64,000 nucleotides of DNA from Nevskiaceae bacterium (GTDB lineage Bacteria > Pseudomonadota > Gammaproteobacteria > Nevskiales > Nevskiaceae), in NCBI GenBank assembly GCA_036275365.1, contig DASUDX010000083.1, positions 18,390 through 82,389 on the forward strand, written 5' to 3'. Positions within the stretch are counted from its first letter, which is position 1. The number at the start of each line of letters is the position of its first letter. The notes below the pieces were generated by a model. That model worked only from the letters and a program-made list of their open reading frames with translations, was not told the origin of the DNA and did no database searches. The translations under genes were made by a program, and so were the position numbers. Below are positions 40,384 to 51,638 of the stretch, piece by piece.

Positions 40384-40891
40384 GCAGCAGGCGCTCGGCC
40401 AGCTCGTCCTGCAGATAGCGGCGCAGACGCTCCTCCTCGGCCTCCTTGGGCAGGATCTGGTCGGCGCTGAAGGAGTAGTCGCGGCTCACCGTCAGCGTCT
40501 CCGCCGGCAGCCAGACGCGATCGCCGCCCAGCAGCTCGTAGCGCACCCGGGTCACCAGCAGGAACTCCAGGGCCTTGCCGTCCGCTCCGACCGACAGCAC
40601 CTGGCGGGTCTCGCTCAGTTCCGACAGGCGCAGCAGGGTGGCGCCCTCGCCCGGCCGCGGCTGCACCACCGCGCCACGGCGGGTCAGGCGCAGGCGCAGG
40701 GCCTTTTCCAGCGGCGGCTCGCTCACCCGGTAGGGCGCCACCACCTCGATGTGCACGCGCGAGAGCGGCTCCGGCAAGGGCCGGCTGCCGGCCAGGTGGA
40801 AGCCGCAGGCGCCGAGGCTGAGGGTCAGCCCCAGGCCCAGCACCCGCAGCACGGCGGACCGGCCGGGACCCCGCCGGATGACTGCGCTCAT
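40283..40891 (-). CDS. lptE: LPS-assembly lipoprotein LptE
   Basis: Start set at ATG 40891 (MSAVIRRGPGRSAVLRVLGLGLTLSLGAC, lipobox LGAC). Classic position directly downstream of leuS. ~200 aa with an Ala/Pro-rich tail. Confidence 0.8.
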   Translation of the reverse strand: MSAVIRRGPGRSAVLRVLGLGLTLSLGACGFHLAGSRPLPEPLSRVHIEVVAPYRVSEPPLEKALRLRLTRRGAVVQPRPGEGATLLRLSELSETRQVLSVGADGKALEFLLVTRVRYELLGGDRVWLPAETLTVSRDYSFSADQILPKEAEEERLRRYLQDELAERLLLRLETALRAMPPADSGAESAPDAAPAAAVAPPS

Positions 40892-41027
40892 CGTCCACCC
40901 CTGATGCATTGCGGCTTGCTCCTCGCGCTGTCGTCCCGCCACCCGCCGGGCCAGGGCGGAACCCAGGGCGGGTCCGCTGCCCGGGCGGCGCCGAGGCGAC
41001 AGCTGGCGCACGGCGGTACCGGCCTGC

Positions 41028-43667
<2,640 letters not shown>

Positions 43668-43715
43668 TCAGGGCGCGCCAGCATGCCCGGCGCGGCCCTC
43701 GCCGTCGAGACGCGC

Positions 43716-44000
43716 TCAGCCGCGCTGCAGATCGCGCCAGAGCCCGCGCCACAGCTCGCGGCGCACCCGATGGTCGCGGGCCAGACGCCGGCGCGACTCC
43801 GGCAGCAGATCGAGCTGATCCCGCAGCAGCTCGCCGGCGTCGCGGGCGCGGCGGGCGACCGCCAGCCGCTCGCCCAGCTCGAGCCGGTGGGCGTTGGCGG
43901 CCTCGATCTCGTGCAGCAGCATCAGCACCAATCCGCCCAGGGTGCGGTCGACCAGGCGGTCGGCCCGGCTCAGCGGCGCGGCGTTGGCAACGGCAGACAT
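43716..44000 (-). CDS. Hypothetical Arg/Leu-rich helical protein (94 aa)
   Basis: ATG 44000 is preceded by GAGGAGG (TTGAGGAGGTTCCGATG on the coding strand). Third codon positions are almost all G/C. No motif I recognise. It lies between the phasin terminator and leuS. Confidence 0.55.
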   Translation of the reverse strand: MSAVANAAPLSRADRLVDRTLGGLVLMLLHEIEAANAHRLELGERLAVARRARDAGELLRDQLDLLPESRRRLARDHRVRRELWRGLWRDLQRG

Positions 44001-44016
44001 CGGAACCTCCTCAACG

Positions 44017-44046
44017 AAAAAGGCCGGAGCGTGTCCGCTCCGGCCC
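44017..44046 (-). terminator. Rho-independent terminator after the phasin gene
   Basis: On the minus strand: GGCCGGAGCG-GACA-CGCTCCGGCC followed by TTTTT (plus-strand AAAAA at 44017-44021). It lies ~60 nt downstream of the phasin stop. Confidence 0.65.
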
Positions 44047-44106
44047 GGGTACGGCTGGCCACCGGCGGCCGCGCGGACGGGCGGCCGGGGTGGCGGTGCG
44101 AAGGCT

Positions 44107-44562
44107 TCAGGCCGCCTTCTTGGCGCTGGCCTTCTTGGCGGTCTTCTTGGCCGGGGCGGCGGCCGGAACCACCTCGACGGTGACGCCGGTGAACTTGGCG
44201 CTCACCTCTTCGAAGCCCTTGCGCACCACCTGCACGACCTGCTCACCGGTCTTGGTGACGGTGGCCACGGTGTCGTTGTAGGCGGAGATCACGCGCTCGC
44301 GGCCGGCCGGCAGATACTCGATCGGGGCGGCGGCGACGGCCTTCAGACCATCGGTCTTGGCCTTCTCGAAGCTGGTCTGGACGGCGGCGAAGAGATCCTT
44401 GCCGGCGTCGATCTGGGTCTTGACCACGGTCTGCACGCCATCGACGAGCACGGTGGTGGTCTGCTTGAGGGCGTCCAGCGACACGGTGGCGATCTCCTGG
44501 CCCTTGGCCACGATCGGCTCCACGCGGGTCTTGACGTCGGCGACGAGGGTTTCAACGTTCAT
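44107..44562 (-). CDS. Phasin-family PHA-granule-associated protein with Lys/Ala-rich tail
   Basis: Start set at ATG 44562 (MNVETLVADVKTRVEPIVAKGQE...). Helical, low-complexity phasin-like body with C-terminal AAPAKKTAKKASAKKAA, resembling the histone-H1-like tails of PhaF-type phasins. Confidence 0.7.
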   Translation of the reverse strand: MNVETLVADVKTRVEPIVAKGQEIATVSLDALKQTTTVLVDGVQTVVKTQIDAGKDLFAAVQTSFEKAKTDGLKAVAAAPIEYLPAGRERVISAYNDTVATVTKTGEQVVQVVRKGFEEVSAKFTGVTVEVVPAAAPAKKTAKKASAKKAA

Positions 44563-44632
44563 GCACAGCTCCAGCGGATGGAAGGGAAATCGGGCTGGGT
44601 GCACGCAGGGGCGTGACCCGGTGATTGCTGCA

Positions 44633-44675
44633 TTGCAACAATCGACGCCGCCACTCTATTGGTGCGTTGCAACAA
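44633..44675. promoter_or_regulatory. Direct repeat of TTGCAACAA in the phasin/yihY divergent intergenic region (candidate operator)
   Basis: TTGCAACAA occurs at 44633-44641 and 44667-44675 (34-bp spacing), each containing the palindromic core TTGCAA. This is an AT-rich 9-mer seen twice within 43 bp of very GC-rich DNA. Confidence 0.3.
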
Positions 44676-44731
44676 AGTCAAGCCGGGTGGGCTGGCTGGG
44701 TCGGAACAGCGCCCGCTGCTAAGGTTTGGCC

Positions 44732-46081
44732 ATGGAAACGCCCTGGCTGGAACGGCTGCGCAGCCGCCTGTGGGAGGAACGCGAGGCGCTCGGCCGTCAC
44801 GAGGCGCGGCTGATCGCCCTCGGCCGTCATCTGTGGGCGCTGGGCCGCGATCTGCTGGCCGGCGAGCTGTCGCTGCGGGCGATGAGCCTGGTCTACACCA
44901 CCCTGCTCTCGGTGGTGCCCTTCCTGGCCCTGGGCTTCTCCGTGCTCAAGGCGCTGGGCGTGCACAACTCGCTGGAGCCGCTGCTGCTGGAGCTGCTGCG
45001 CCCGCTCGGTGCGCAGGCGGCGGCGCTCAGCGCCAATGTGATCGGCTTCGTCGAGCGCATCCAGGTCGGGGTGCTCGGCTCGCTGGGCGTGGCCCTGCTG
45101 TTCTACACCGCGATCTCGCTGATCCAGAAGGTGGAGGCGAGCTTCAACCAGATCTGGCGGATCCCCCGGCCACGGCCGCTGGCGCAGCGGGTGGGCGAGT
45201 ACTTCGGCGTGCTGATGGTCGGGCCGGTGGTGGTGTTCGCCGCCCTGGGCCTGACCGCGAGCCTGCTCAACAGCGCGGTGATGCTGACCATCGCCAGCTT
45301 CGAGCCGCTGGGCTTTCTGATCTTTCTGCTGACCCGGCTGATCCCCTACGCGCTGATCATCGGCCTGTTCACCTTCCTCTATGCCTACATGCCCAATGCG
45401 CGGGTCAGCCTGCGCGCGGCCGGCTGGGGCGGGCTGTGCGCCGGCCTGCTCTGGCAGAGCTCGAGCCTGCTGTTCGCCTCGTTCGTGGCCGGGGCCACCA
45501 ACTACAACGCCATCTACTCGGGCTTTGCCATCCTGATCTTCCTGCTGATCTGGCTGTATCTGGGCTGGCTGATCCTGCTGATCGGCTGCCAGATCGCCTT
45601 CTATGTGCAGCATCCGGCCCATCTGCGCGGCGGCGAGGCGCTGCCCGCCGGCTCGCGCCGGCGCGAGCTGCTGGGCCTGGCCCTGATGCACGAGGTGACC
45701 CGCCGCTTCCTCGCCGGGGCCCCGGCGCTGGCGGCCGAGGACCATGCCCGCGCGCTCGGCGCCGCACCCGGGGATCTGGCGCCGGTGGTCGACACCCTGC
45801 TGCGCGCCGGCCTGCTGGCGGAGGCCGCCGGCAGCCGGCCCGGGCTGATCCTGGCGCGCGATCCGGCCGGCCTGAGCCTCGCCGATCTGTGGCTGGCCCT
45901 GCGTGGCGAGAGCGTGCCGCCCAACGGCCGCGAGGACCGCGCCGCGCGTCAGCTGCTGGCCCGCGCCGAGTCGGCCTTCGTCGAGGCCGCGCGCGGCCAG
46001 ACCCTGCGCGACTGGCTGCAGACCGCGGACCGCGCGGGCGCCTATGATCCGGCCACCCCTGCTGCCGAGTCGCCCCGATGA
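44732..46081 (+). CDS. YihY/BrkB family inner-membrane protein with ~150-aa C-terminal cytoplasmic extension
   Basis: Contains SLVYTTLLSVVPFLAL, SFNQIWR, YAYMPN and NAIYSGFAILIFLLIWLYLGWLILLIG blocks typical of YihY/BrkB. ATG 44732 is preferred over the track's TTG at 44726. The stop overlaps the fadD ATG. Confidence 0.85.
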   Translation: METPWLERLRSRLWEEREALGRHEARLIALGRHLWALGRDLLAGELSLRAMSLVYTTLLSVVPFLALGFSVLKALGVHNSLEPLLLELLRPLGAQAAALSANVIGFVERIQVGVLGSLGVALLFYTAISLIQKVEASFNQIWRIPRPRPLAQRVGEYFGVLMVGPVVVFAALGLTASLLNSAVMLTIASFEPLGFLIFLLTRLIPYALIIGLFTFLYAYMPNARVSLRAAGWGGLCAGLLWQSSSLLFASFVAGATNYNAIYSGFAILIFLLIWLYLGWLILLIGCQIAFYVQHPAHLRGGEALPAGSRRRELLGLALMHEVTRRFLAGAPALAAEDHARALGAAPGDLAPVVDTLLRAGLLAEAAGSRPGLILARDPAGLSLADLWLALRGESVPPNGREDRAARQLLARAESAFVEAARGQTLRDWLQTADRAGAYDPATPAAESPR

Positions 46082-47754
46082 GTGTCGAAGCCGCCCCCTG
46101 GATCGGTGAATACCCGCTGGGCGTGCCGCCGCGCGTCGACCCCCTCTACCCCTCGCTGGCCGGGCTGATCGAACAGGCCTGCGAGCGCTACCGCAACCGC
46201 TGCGCCTATACCGCGCTGGGCGTGGATCTGGGCTACGACGAGCTGGACCGGCTCAGCCAGGATTTCGCCAGCTATCTGCAGAATGTGCTCGGCCTCGAAC
46301 GCGGCGACCGGGTGGCGATCATGCTGCCCAACCTGCTGCAGTACCCGGTGGTGCTGTGCGCGGTGCTGCGGGCCGGCCTGGTGGTGGTCAATGTCAACCC
46401 GCTCTACACCCCGCGCGAGCTGGAACACCAGCTGCGGGACAGCGGCGCACGCGCCATCGTCATCCTCGAGAACTTCTGCTCGGTGCTGCAGGAGGTGGTG
46501 GAGCGCACCGCGCTCGAGCAGGTGATCACCACCCAGGTGGGCGATCTCGCCCCCTTCCCGCGCTCGCTGCTGATCAATCTCGCGGTCAAGCGCCTGAAGA
46601 AGCAGGTGCCGCCGTGGAAGATCGAAGGCAGCCTGCCGCTGCGCACGGCACTGGCCCGCGGCAAGGCCCAGCCCTATCACCGGGTGGCGGTGGAGGCCGG
46701 CGACACCGCCTTCCTGCAGTACACCGGCGGCACCACCGGGCTGTCCAAGGGCGCCCAGCTCACCCACGGCAACATCGTCGCCAATCTCAGCCAGATGCTG
46801 GCCTGGCTGCGCCCGGCGCTGGGCAGCGGCGGGCCCGACGAGCCGCAGGAGCTGATCGTCACCGCGCTGCCGCTCTACCATGTGTTCGCCCTCACCGTGA
46901 ACGGCTTCGTCTTCCTCGCCCTGGGCGCGCGCAATCTGCTGATCCCCAATCCGCGCGATCTGCCGGCGCTGGTGCGCGAGCTGCGCGAGTACCCCTTCAC
47001 CGCCTTCACCGGGGTCAACACGCTGTTCAACGGCCTGCTCAACACCCCGGGTTTCGCCGAGCTCGATTTCTCCTCGCTGAAGTTCACCGTCGGCGGGGGT
47101 GCCGCCGTGCTGCAGGCCACCGCCGAGCGCTGGAAGGCGGTCACCGGGGTGCCGATCACCGAGGGCTATGGCCTCACCGAGACCTCGCCGGGGGTCTGCT
47201 TCGCGCCGCTCGACAAGCCGGACTGGAACGGCACCATCGGCGTGCCCCTGCCCTCCACCGATGTGCGCCTGCGCGACGAGGCCAACCGCGAGGTGGCCGA
47301 CGGTGACCCCGGCGAGCTGTGCGTGAAGGGCCCGCAGGTGATGGTCGGCTACTGGCGCCAGCCGGAGGAGACCGCCAAGGTGTTCACCGCCGATGGCTAT
47401 CTGCGCACCGGGGATATCGCCACCCGCGATGCGCGCGGCTACTTCCGCATCGTCGATCGCAAGAAGGACATGATCCTGGTGTCCGGCTTCAATGTGTTTC
47501 CCAACGAGATCGAGGCGGTGGCGGCCCTGCATCCGGGCGTGCTGGAGTGCGCCTGCATCGGCGTGCCCGATGCCAAGACCGGCGAGGCGGTCAAGCTGGT
47601 GGCGGTGAAGAAGGACCCGGCGCTGACCGTCGAGGCCCTGCGCGAGCACTGCCGGGCCCAGCTCACCGCCTACAAGGTGCCGAAGCTGATCGAGTTCCGC
47701 GACACCCTGCCCAAGTCCAACATCGGCAAGATCCTGCGCCGCGAGCTGCGCTGA
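46078..47754 (+). CDS. fadD: Long-chain-fatty-acid--CoA ligase
   Basis: 558 aa with YTGGTTGLSKGAQLTHGN, GYGLTETSP, TGDIATRDARGYFRIVDRKKDMI and a C-terminal PKSNIGKILRRELR block. Confidence 0.9.
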   Translation: MSVEAAPWIGEYPLGVPPRVDPLYPSLAGLIEQACERYRNRCAYTALGVDLGYDELDRLSQDFASYLQNVLGLERGDRVAIMLPNLLQYPVVLCAVLRAGLVVVNVNPLYTPRELEHQLRDSGARAIVILENFCSVLQEVVERTALEQVITTQVGDLAPFPRSLLINLAVKRLKKQVPPWKIEGSLPLRTALARGKAQPYHRVAVEAGDTAFLQYTGGTTGLSKGAQLTHGNIVANLSQMLAWLRPALGSGGPDEPQELIVTALPLYHVFALTVNGFVFLALGARNLLIPNPRDLPALVRELREYPFTAFTGVNTLFNGLLNTPGFAELDFSSLKFTVGGGAAVLQATAERWKAVTGVPITEGYGLTETSPGVCFAPLDKPDWNGTIGVPLPSTDVRLRDEANREVADGDPGELCVKGPQVMVGYWRQPEETAKVFTADGYLRTGDIATRDARGYFRIVDRKKDMILVSGFNVFPNEIEAVAALHPGVLECACIGVPDAKTGEAVKLVAVKKDPALTVEALREHCRAQLTAYKVPKLIEFRDTLPKSNIGKILRRELR

Positions 47755-47774
47755 AGCCGGGCGCGGGCGCCGGG

Positions 47775-48668
47775 CTAGAGCGTCACCACTTTTGCCTGCT
47801 GCAGCTTGTAGACCACGCCGAAGGTCGATTCCGGCACCAGCTCCAGGCGGCCTTCGATCACCAGCGGCTCGAAGCTGCCGGGAATCGCCTGCTCGCTGAA
47901 CACCTCCACCACCGTGCTGGGGCCGCCGGGCATGTGGAAGTAGCAGCTGGGAGGATTGGCCGAGAGCAGGAAGTGGCGCTGCTCGGGGGTGGCATCCAGC
48001 GGCAGCATGAAGCCGGCGATCTTCACCGTCTTGCCGCCGAGGGTCTGCAGCGGTGCCGGGAAGCTCGCGCGCACGGTGTTCTGGTCGATGGTCAGATCGG
48101 CCTGCATCAGCAGGTCCCAGGAGGTCAGCCCCTTGGCCTCGGCCTGCTTGATCCATTCCAGCTGCTGGTTGGGCTTGACATTGAGCACGAAGCGCTGGGT
48201 CAGCCCGGCGGCTTCGACGATCACGCTCTCGCGGCCCTGGTTGGCGGCGAGCAGCTGGAACTCGAGATAGCCATCGGCGTCGGTGGCCTCGGCGCCGCGG
48301 ATCACCTTGGTCTGGCCGCTGGCGCGGATCGCCACCGGGCGCTGGGCAAGCGGGCTGCCGGCCTCGGTCTCCAGCGACACGCCGAGATAGACCAGATCCT
48401 TCTGGTAGGCATCCACCACCAGCTCGCCGTTCTCCTCCACCCCGCCCTCGCTGAGCACCCGCAGCATCGGCGGGCTGTTGTCGGGCGCCGCGGGTGGGGT
48501 GTCCGCCGCCGCCGGCGCCAGCTCCGATGCTGGCGCGGCCGCATAGGGCGTGCCGCTCAGATCACCGGGTGCCGCCGCCGGCGGGCGGGCGGGGTCCGGC
48601 GGCGCGGGCTCGCCGCCGCAGGCGCTCAGCAGCAGGGTCAGGCACAGCAGGCAGCGGGCGGCAGTCAT
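47775..48668 (-). CDS. DUF3299-domain lipoprotein with Pro/Ala linker and Ig-like middle domain
   Basis: Lipobox LLLSAC. C-terminal GKTVKIAGFMLPLD...HFLLSANPPSCYFHMPGGPS resembles DUF3299. Last gene of the ABC/FtsX operon (its start overlaps the permease stop by 1 nt). Confidence 0.8.
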   Translation of the reverse strand: MTAARCLLCLTLLLSACGGEPAPPDPARPPAAAPGDLSGTPYAAAPASELAPAAADTPPAAPDNSPPMLRVLSEGGVEENGELVVDAYQKDLVYLGVSLETEAGSPLAQRPVAIRASGQTKVIRGAEATDADGYLEFQLLAANQGRESVIVEAAGLTQRFVLNVKPNQQLEWIKQAEAKGLTSWDLLMQADLTIDQNTVRASFPAPLQTLGGKTVKIAGFMLPLDATPEQRHFLLSANPPSCYFHMPGGPSTVVEVFSEQAIPGSFEPLVIEGRLELVPESTFGVVYKLQQAKVVTL

Positions 48669-49831
48669 CAGCGTCTCGACAGGGTATCGGCCACCGGCAG
48701 GCGGTAGGCACGCAGGGCGGGCAGGATCACCGCCAGCGCGGCGATCAGCTGCACCAGCAGCAGCAGGTGGATTTCGGCGCCAAGCGGCGCCGCCGGCTCG
48801 ATCGCCCCGCGGCTCTGCAGCGCGAGCAGGGCCAGGGTGCCATGACTGAGCAGCAGGCCGAGCAGGCCGCCGGCCAGCGCCAGGATCTGCGCCTCGAACA
48901 GCAGCAGACCGGCCAGCTCGGCGCGGCTGGCGCCCATCGCCCGCAGCAGGGCGAGATCGTACTGGCGCGCCTCCAGGGCGCGATACAGGGTGACGAACAC
49001 CCCGAGGGCGGCGACCGCCAGCAGCAGGCCGGCCAGGGCCTGCAGCAGCTCCACGCCGACGCCCACCAGCGCCCGCAGGCGGGTCAGTTCGAAGGCCGGC
49101 GAGGCGGCCTGCAGGCTCGACTCGCGCTGGATGGTCTGCGGCAGGCTGGCCGCCGCCAGCGGGGTGGCGTAGCGGATCAGCAGGGCGGTGATCTCGCGGG
49201 CGGCATCCGGAGCGCGGGGATCGGCCGCCGGCCCGCCGTGCAGCAGCCAGACGCTGGCGAGATCGGTGAGGATCAGGCGGTCGAGGCTGCCCAGCCCCGC
49301 AGGCAGCCGCCCGACCACCGTGTACTGGCCCTGGTCATGGGCCTCGCCGCCGCTGAGCCCGTGGGCACCGGCGAAGCGTGCGCCCACCGCCAGCGGCACG
49401 CTGGCACCCACCACCGCCTCCAGCGGCGCCCGCCAGAGCCGGCCCTCGCCGACGGTGGCGCCGGACAGCCGCAGATAGGCCGGCGTGGTGCCGACGATGC
49501 GATGGCCGGCCCAGCTATCGCCCAGCGACAGCGGAATCGCCTCGGCCACCATCGGGTGCGCGCCCCAGCGGCGCGCTTCGGAGAGGCGGATGTTTCCGGT
49601 CGGCACATCGAGGTGGTAGAGCGAGGACAGCACCAGCTGCAGCGGGCTGCCCTTGGCGCCGAGCACCAGATCGACCCCGCGCGCCTCGCGGGTCAGGCGC
49701 TGCTCGAACTGCGTGCGGAGCTGCAGCAGAAAGGCGGCCAGCGCCACCCCCAGCGCCAGCAGCAGCAGATTGAGCAGCTGGCCGAGACGATCGTGGGCGA
49801 GCTGGGCGAGCGCCAGGCGCAGCAGGCTCAT
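48668..49831 (-). CDS. ABC transporter permease, FtsX/MacB-like
   Basis: 387 aa with an N-terminal TM helix, a large periplasmic loop and a C-terminal three-helix FtsX bundle (LLRAMGASRAELAGLLLFEA). Confidence 0.85.
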   Translation of the reverse strand: MSLLRLALAQLAHDRLGQLLNLLLLALGVALAAFLLQLRTQFEQRLTREARGVDLVLGAKGSPLQLVLSSLYHLDVPTGNIRLSEARRWGAHPMVAEAIPLSLGDSWAGHRIVGTTPAYLRLSGATVGEGRLWRAPLEAVVGASVPLAVGARFAGAHGLSGGEAHDQGQYTVVGRLPAGLGSLDRLILTDLASVWLLHGGPAADPRAPDAAREITALLIRYATPLAAASLPQTIQRESSLQAASPAFELTRLRALVGVGVELLQALAGLLLAVAALGVFVTLYRALEARQYDLALLRAMGASRAELAGLLLFEAQILALAGGLLGLLLSHGTLALLALQSRGAIEPAAPLGAEIHLLLLVQLIAALAVILPALRAYRLPVADTLSRR

Positions 49832-50469
49832 GCGGCCACCGCCGGCAGCTGCCAGTGGCGCGCCACCCAGGGCCGCAGCCGCGCATCGTGGGTGACGATC
49901 AGCAGCGCCGCGCCCTGGGCGCTGGCCTGCTCCAGCAGCAGCCGCGCCACCGCCTCGGCGGCGGCGTCATCCAGGGCCGCGGTCGGTTCGTCGGCGAGGA
50001 TCAGGCCCGGCGCATGGACCAGGGCACGGGCGATCGCCACCCGCTGGGCCTGGCCGAGGCTGAGCTGATGCGGGCGCCGGCCGGCCAGCGCCTCGATGCC
50101 CAGCACCGCCAGCAGCTGGTGGATCCGCGCGGGATCGGCGGGCCGCCCGGCCAGCCGGCGCGCCAGGGCCAGATTGCCGGCCACATCGAGTGCCGGGATC
50201 AGGTGCAGCCGCTGGAACACCAGGCCCACCCGGGCACCGCGCAGGCGATCGCGCGCAGCCTCGGCGAGGGCCGAGAGCGGCTGCCCGTCCAGCCAGACCT
50301 CGCCGCGGGTCGGCGCCAGCAGCCCGGCGGCCAGCTGCAGCAGGGTGGACTTGCCCGAACCGGACGGACCCAGCAGCAGGGCGGTCTCGCCCCGCGCCAG
50401 CGCGGCATCGGCAAAGCGCAGCCGCGGACCGCCGGGATGCTGCTGCTCCAGACCTTCAAACCTCAGCAC
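49828..50469 (-). CDS. ABC transporter ATP-binding protein
   Basis: 213 aa with a GTG start. Walker A GPSGSGKST, signature LSLGQAQR, Walker B LILADEPTAALD. Confidence 0.9.
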   Translation of the reverse strand: MLRFEGLEQQHPGGPRLRFADAALARGETALLLGPSGSGKSTLLQLAAGLLAPTRGEVWLDGQPLSALAEAARDRLRGARVGLVFQRLHLIPALDVAGNLALARRLAGRPADPARIHQLLAVLGIEALAGRRPHQLSLGQAQRVAIARALVHAPGLILADEPTAALDDAAAEAVARLLLEQASAQGAALLIVTHDARLRPWVARHWQLPAVAA

Positions 50470-50521
50470 GGCGACCTTCTCGGAAAGGGGTCGCGAAGGG
50501 ACCGTCGCCAGGCGCCGGGGT

Positions 50522-50788
50522 TCAGTCGCGGCGTTCCGGCAGGGTCACGCTCATCGCCAGCACATCCTCGCCTTCCTCGCGCTGCAGCTTGACATCCACC
50601 GCCTCGTCGCTGACCTGGACATACTTGCGCACCACCGCCAGCAGCTCCTCGCGCAGGCGCGGCAGCCACTCCGGTCCGTTGGCGCGGCCGGCGCGCTGGT
50701 GGCTGACCACCAGCAGCAGCCGCTCCTTGGCCTGGGCGGCGCTGGCCTTCTGCTCGCCACGGAAGAACTTCATCCAGTCCATCGCCAT
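50522..50788 (-). CDS. minE: Cell division topological specificity factor MinE
   Basis: 88 aa. The AKERLLLVVSHQR...LPRLREELLAVVRKYVQV pattern is colinear with my recollection of E. coli MinE. It follows minD. Confidence 0.93.
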   Translation of the reverse strand: MAMDWMKFFRGEQKASAAQAKERLLLVVSHQRAGRANGPEWLPRLREELLAVVRKYVQVSDEAVDVKLQREEGEDVLAMSVTLPERRD

Positions 50789-50791
50789 GGC

Positions 50792-51604
50792 CTAGCCTCC
50801 GAACAGCTTGCTGAGCAGGCCTTCCTTCTTGGCGGTGAGGAAGCGCTGCGGCCGCTCCTCGCCGAGGAAGCGCGCCACCACATCGTCGTAGGCCTGGCCG
50901 GCATCGCTGGTCTTGTCCAGGATCACCGGGGTGCCGGCGTTGGAGGAGGTGAGCACGCCGGCCGATTCCGGGATCACCCCGAGCAGGGGGATGGCGAGGA
51001 TCTCCTTCACATCATCCACCGAGAGCATCTCGCCCTTGGCGACCCGCGCCGGGTTGTAGCGGGTCAGCACCAGATGCTCCTTCACCCGTCCCTCGCCGGC
51101 CTCGACCTTGCGGGTCTTGCTGGCCAGCAGGCCGAGCACGCGGTCGGAGTCACGCACGCTGGAGACTTCCGGGTTGGTCACCACCAGCGCCTCGTCGGCG
51201 AAGTACATGGCGAGATGGGCGCCGCGCTCGATGCCGGCCGGGGAGTCGCAGACGATGTAATCGAACCCCTCGGCGGCGAGGTCCTTGAGCACCTTCTCCA
51301 CGCCGTCCTGGGTCAGGGCGTCCTTGTCGCGGGTCTGGCTGGCCGCCAGCACATGCAGGTTCTCGTGGTTCTTGTCGCGGATCAGGGCCTGGCGCAGATT
51401 GGCCTCGCCGTGGATCACATTGACGAAGTCGAACACCACGCGGCGCTCGCAGCCCATGATCAGATCGAGGTTGCGCAGGCCGACATCGAAGTCGATCACC
51501 ACCGTCTTCTTGCCGCGCATCGCCAGCCCCGTGGCGAAGGAGGCGCTGGTCGTGGTCTTGCCCACGCCGCCCTTGCCGGAAGTCACCACCACGATCTTTG
51601 TCAC
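50792..51604 (-). CDS. minD: Septum site-determining protein MinD
   Basis: 270 aa with the deviant Walker A VVTSGKGGVGKTT and a C-terminal amphipathic helix KKEGLLSKLFGG. Confidence 0.97.
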   Translation of the reverse strand: MTKIVVVTSGKGGVGKTTTSASFATGLAMRGKKTVVIDFDVGLRNLDLIMGCERRVVFDFVNVIHGEANLRQALIRDKNHENLHVLAASQTRDKDALTQDGVEKVLKDLAAEGFDYIVCDSPAGIERGAHLAMYFADEALVVTNPEVSSVRDSDRVLGLLASKTRKVEAGEGRVKEHLVLTRYNPARVAKGEMLSVDDVKEILAIPLLGVIPESAGVLTSSNAGTPVILDKTSDAGQAYDDVVARFLGEERPQRFLTAKKEGLLSKLFGG

Positions 51605-51638
51605 CGTTACCCCCTGTCCTGAATGGTTGCGGACTGGC

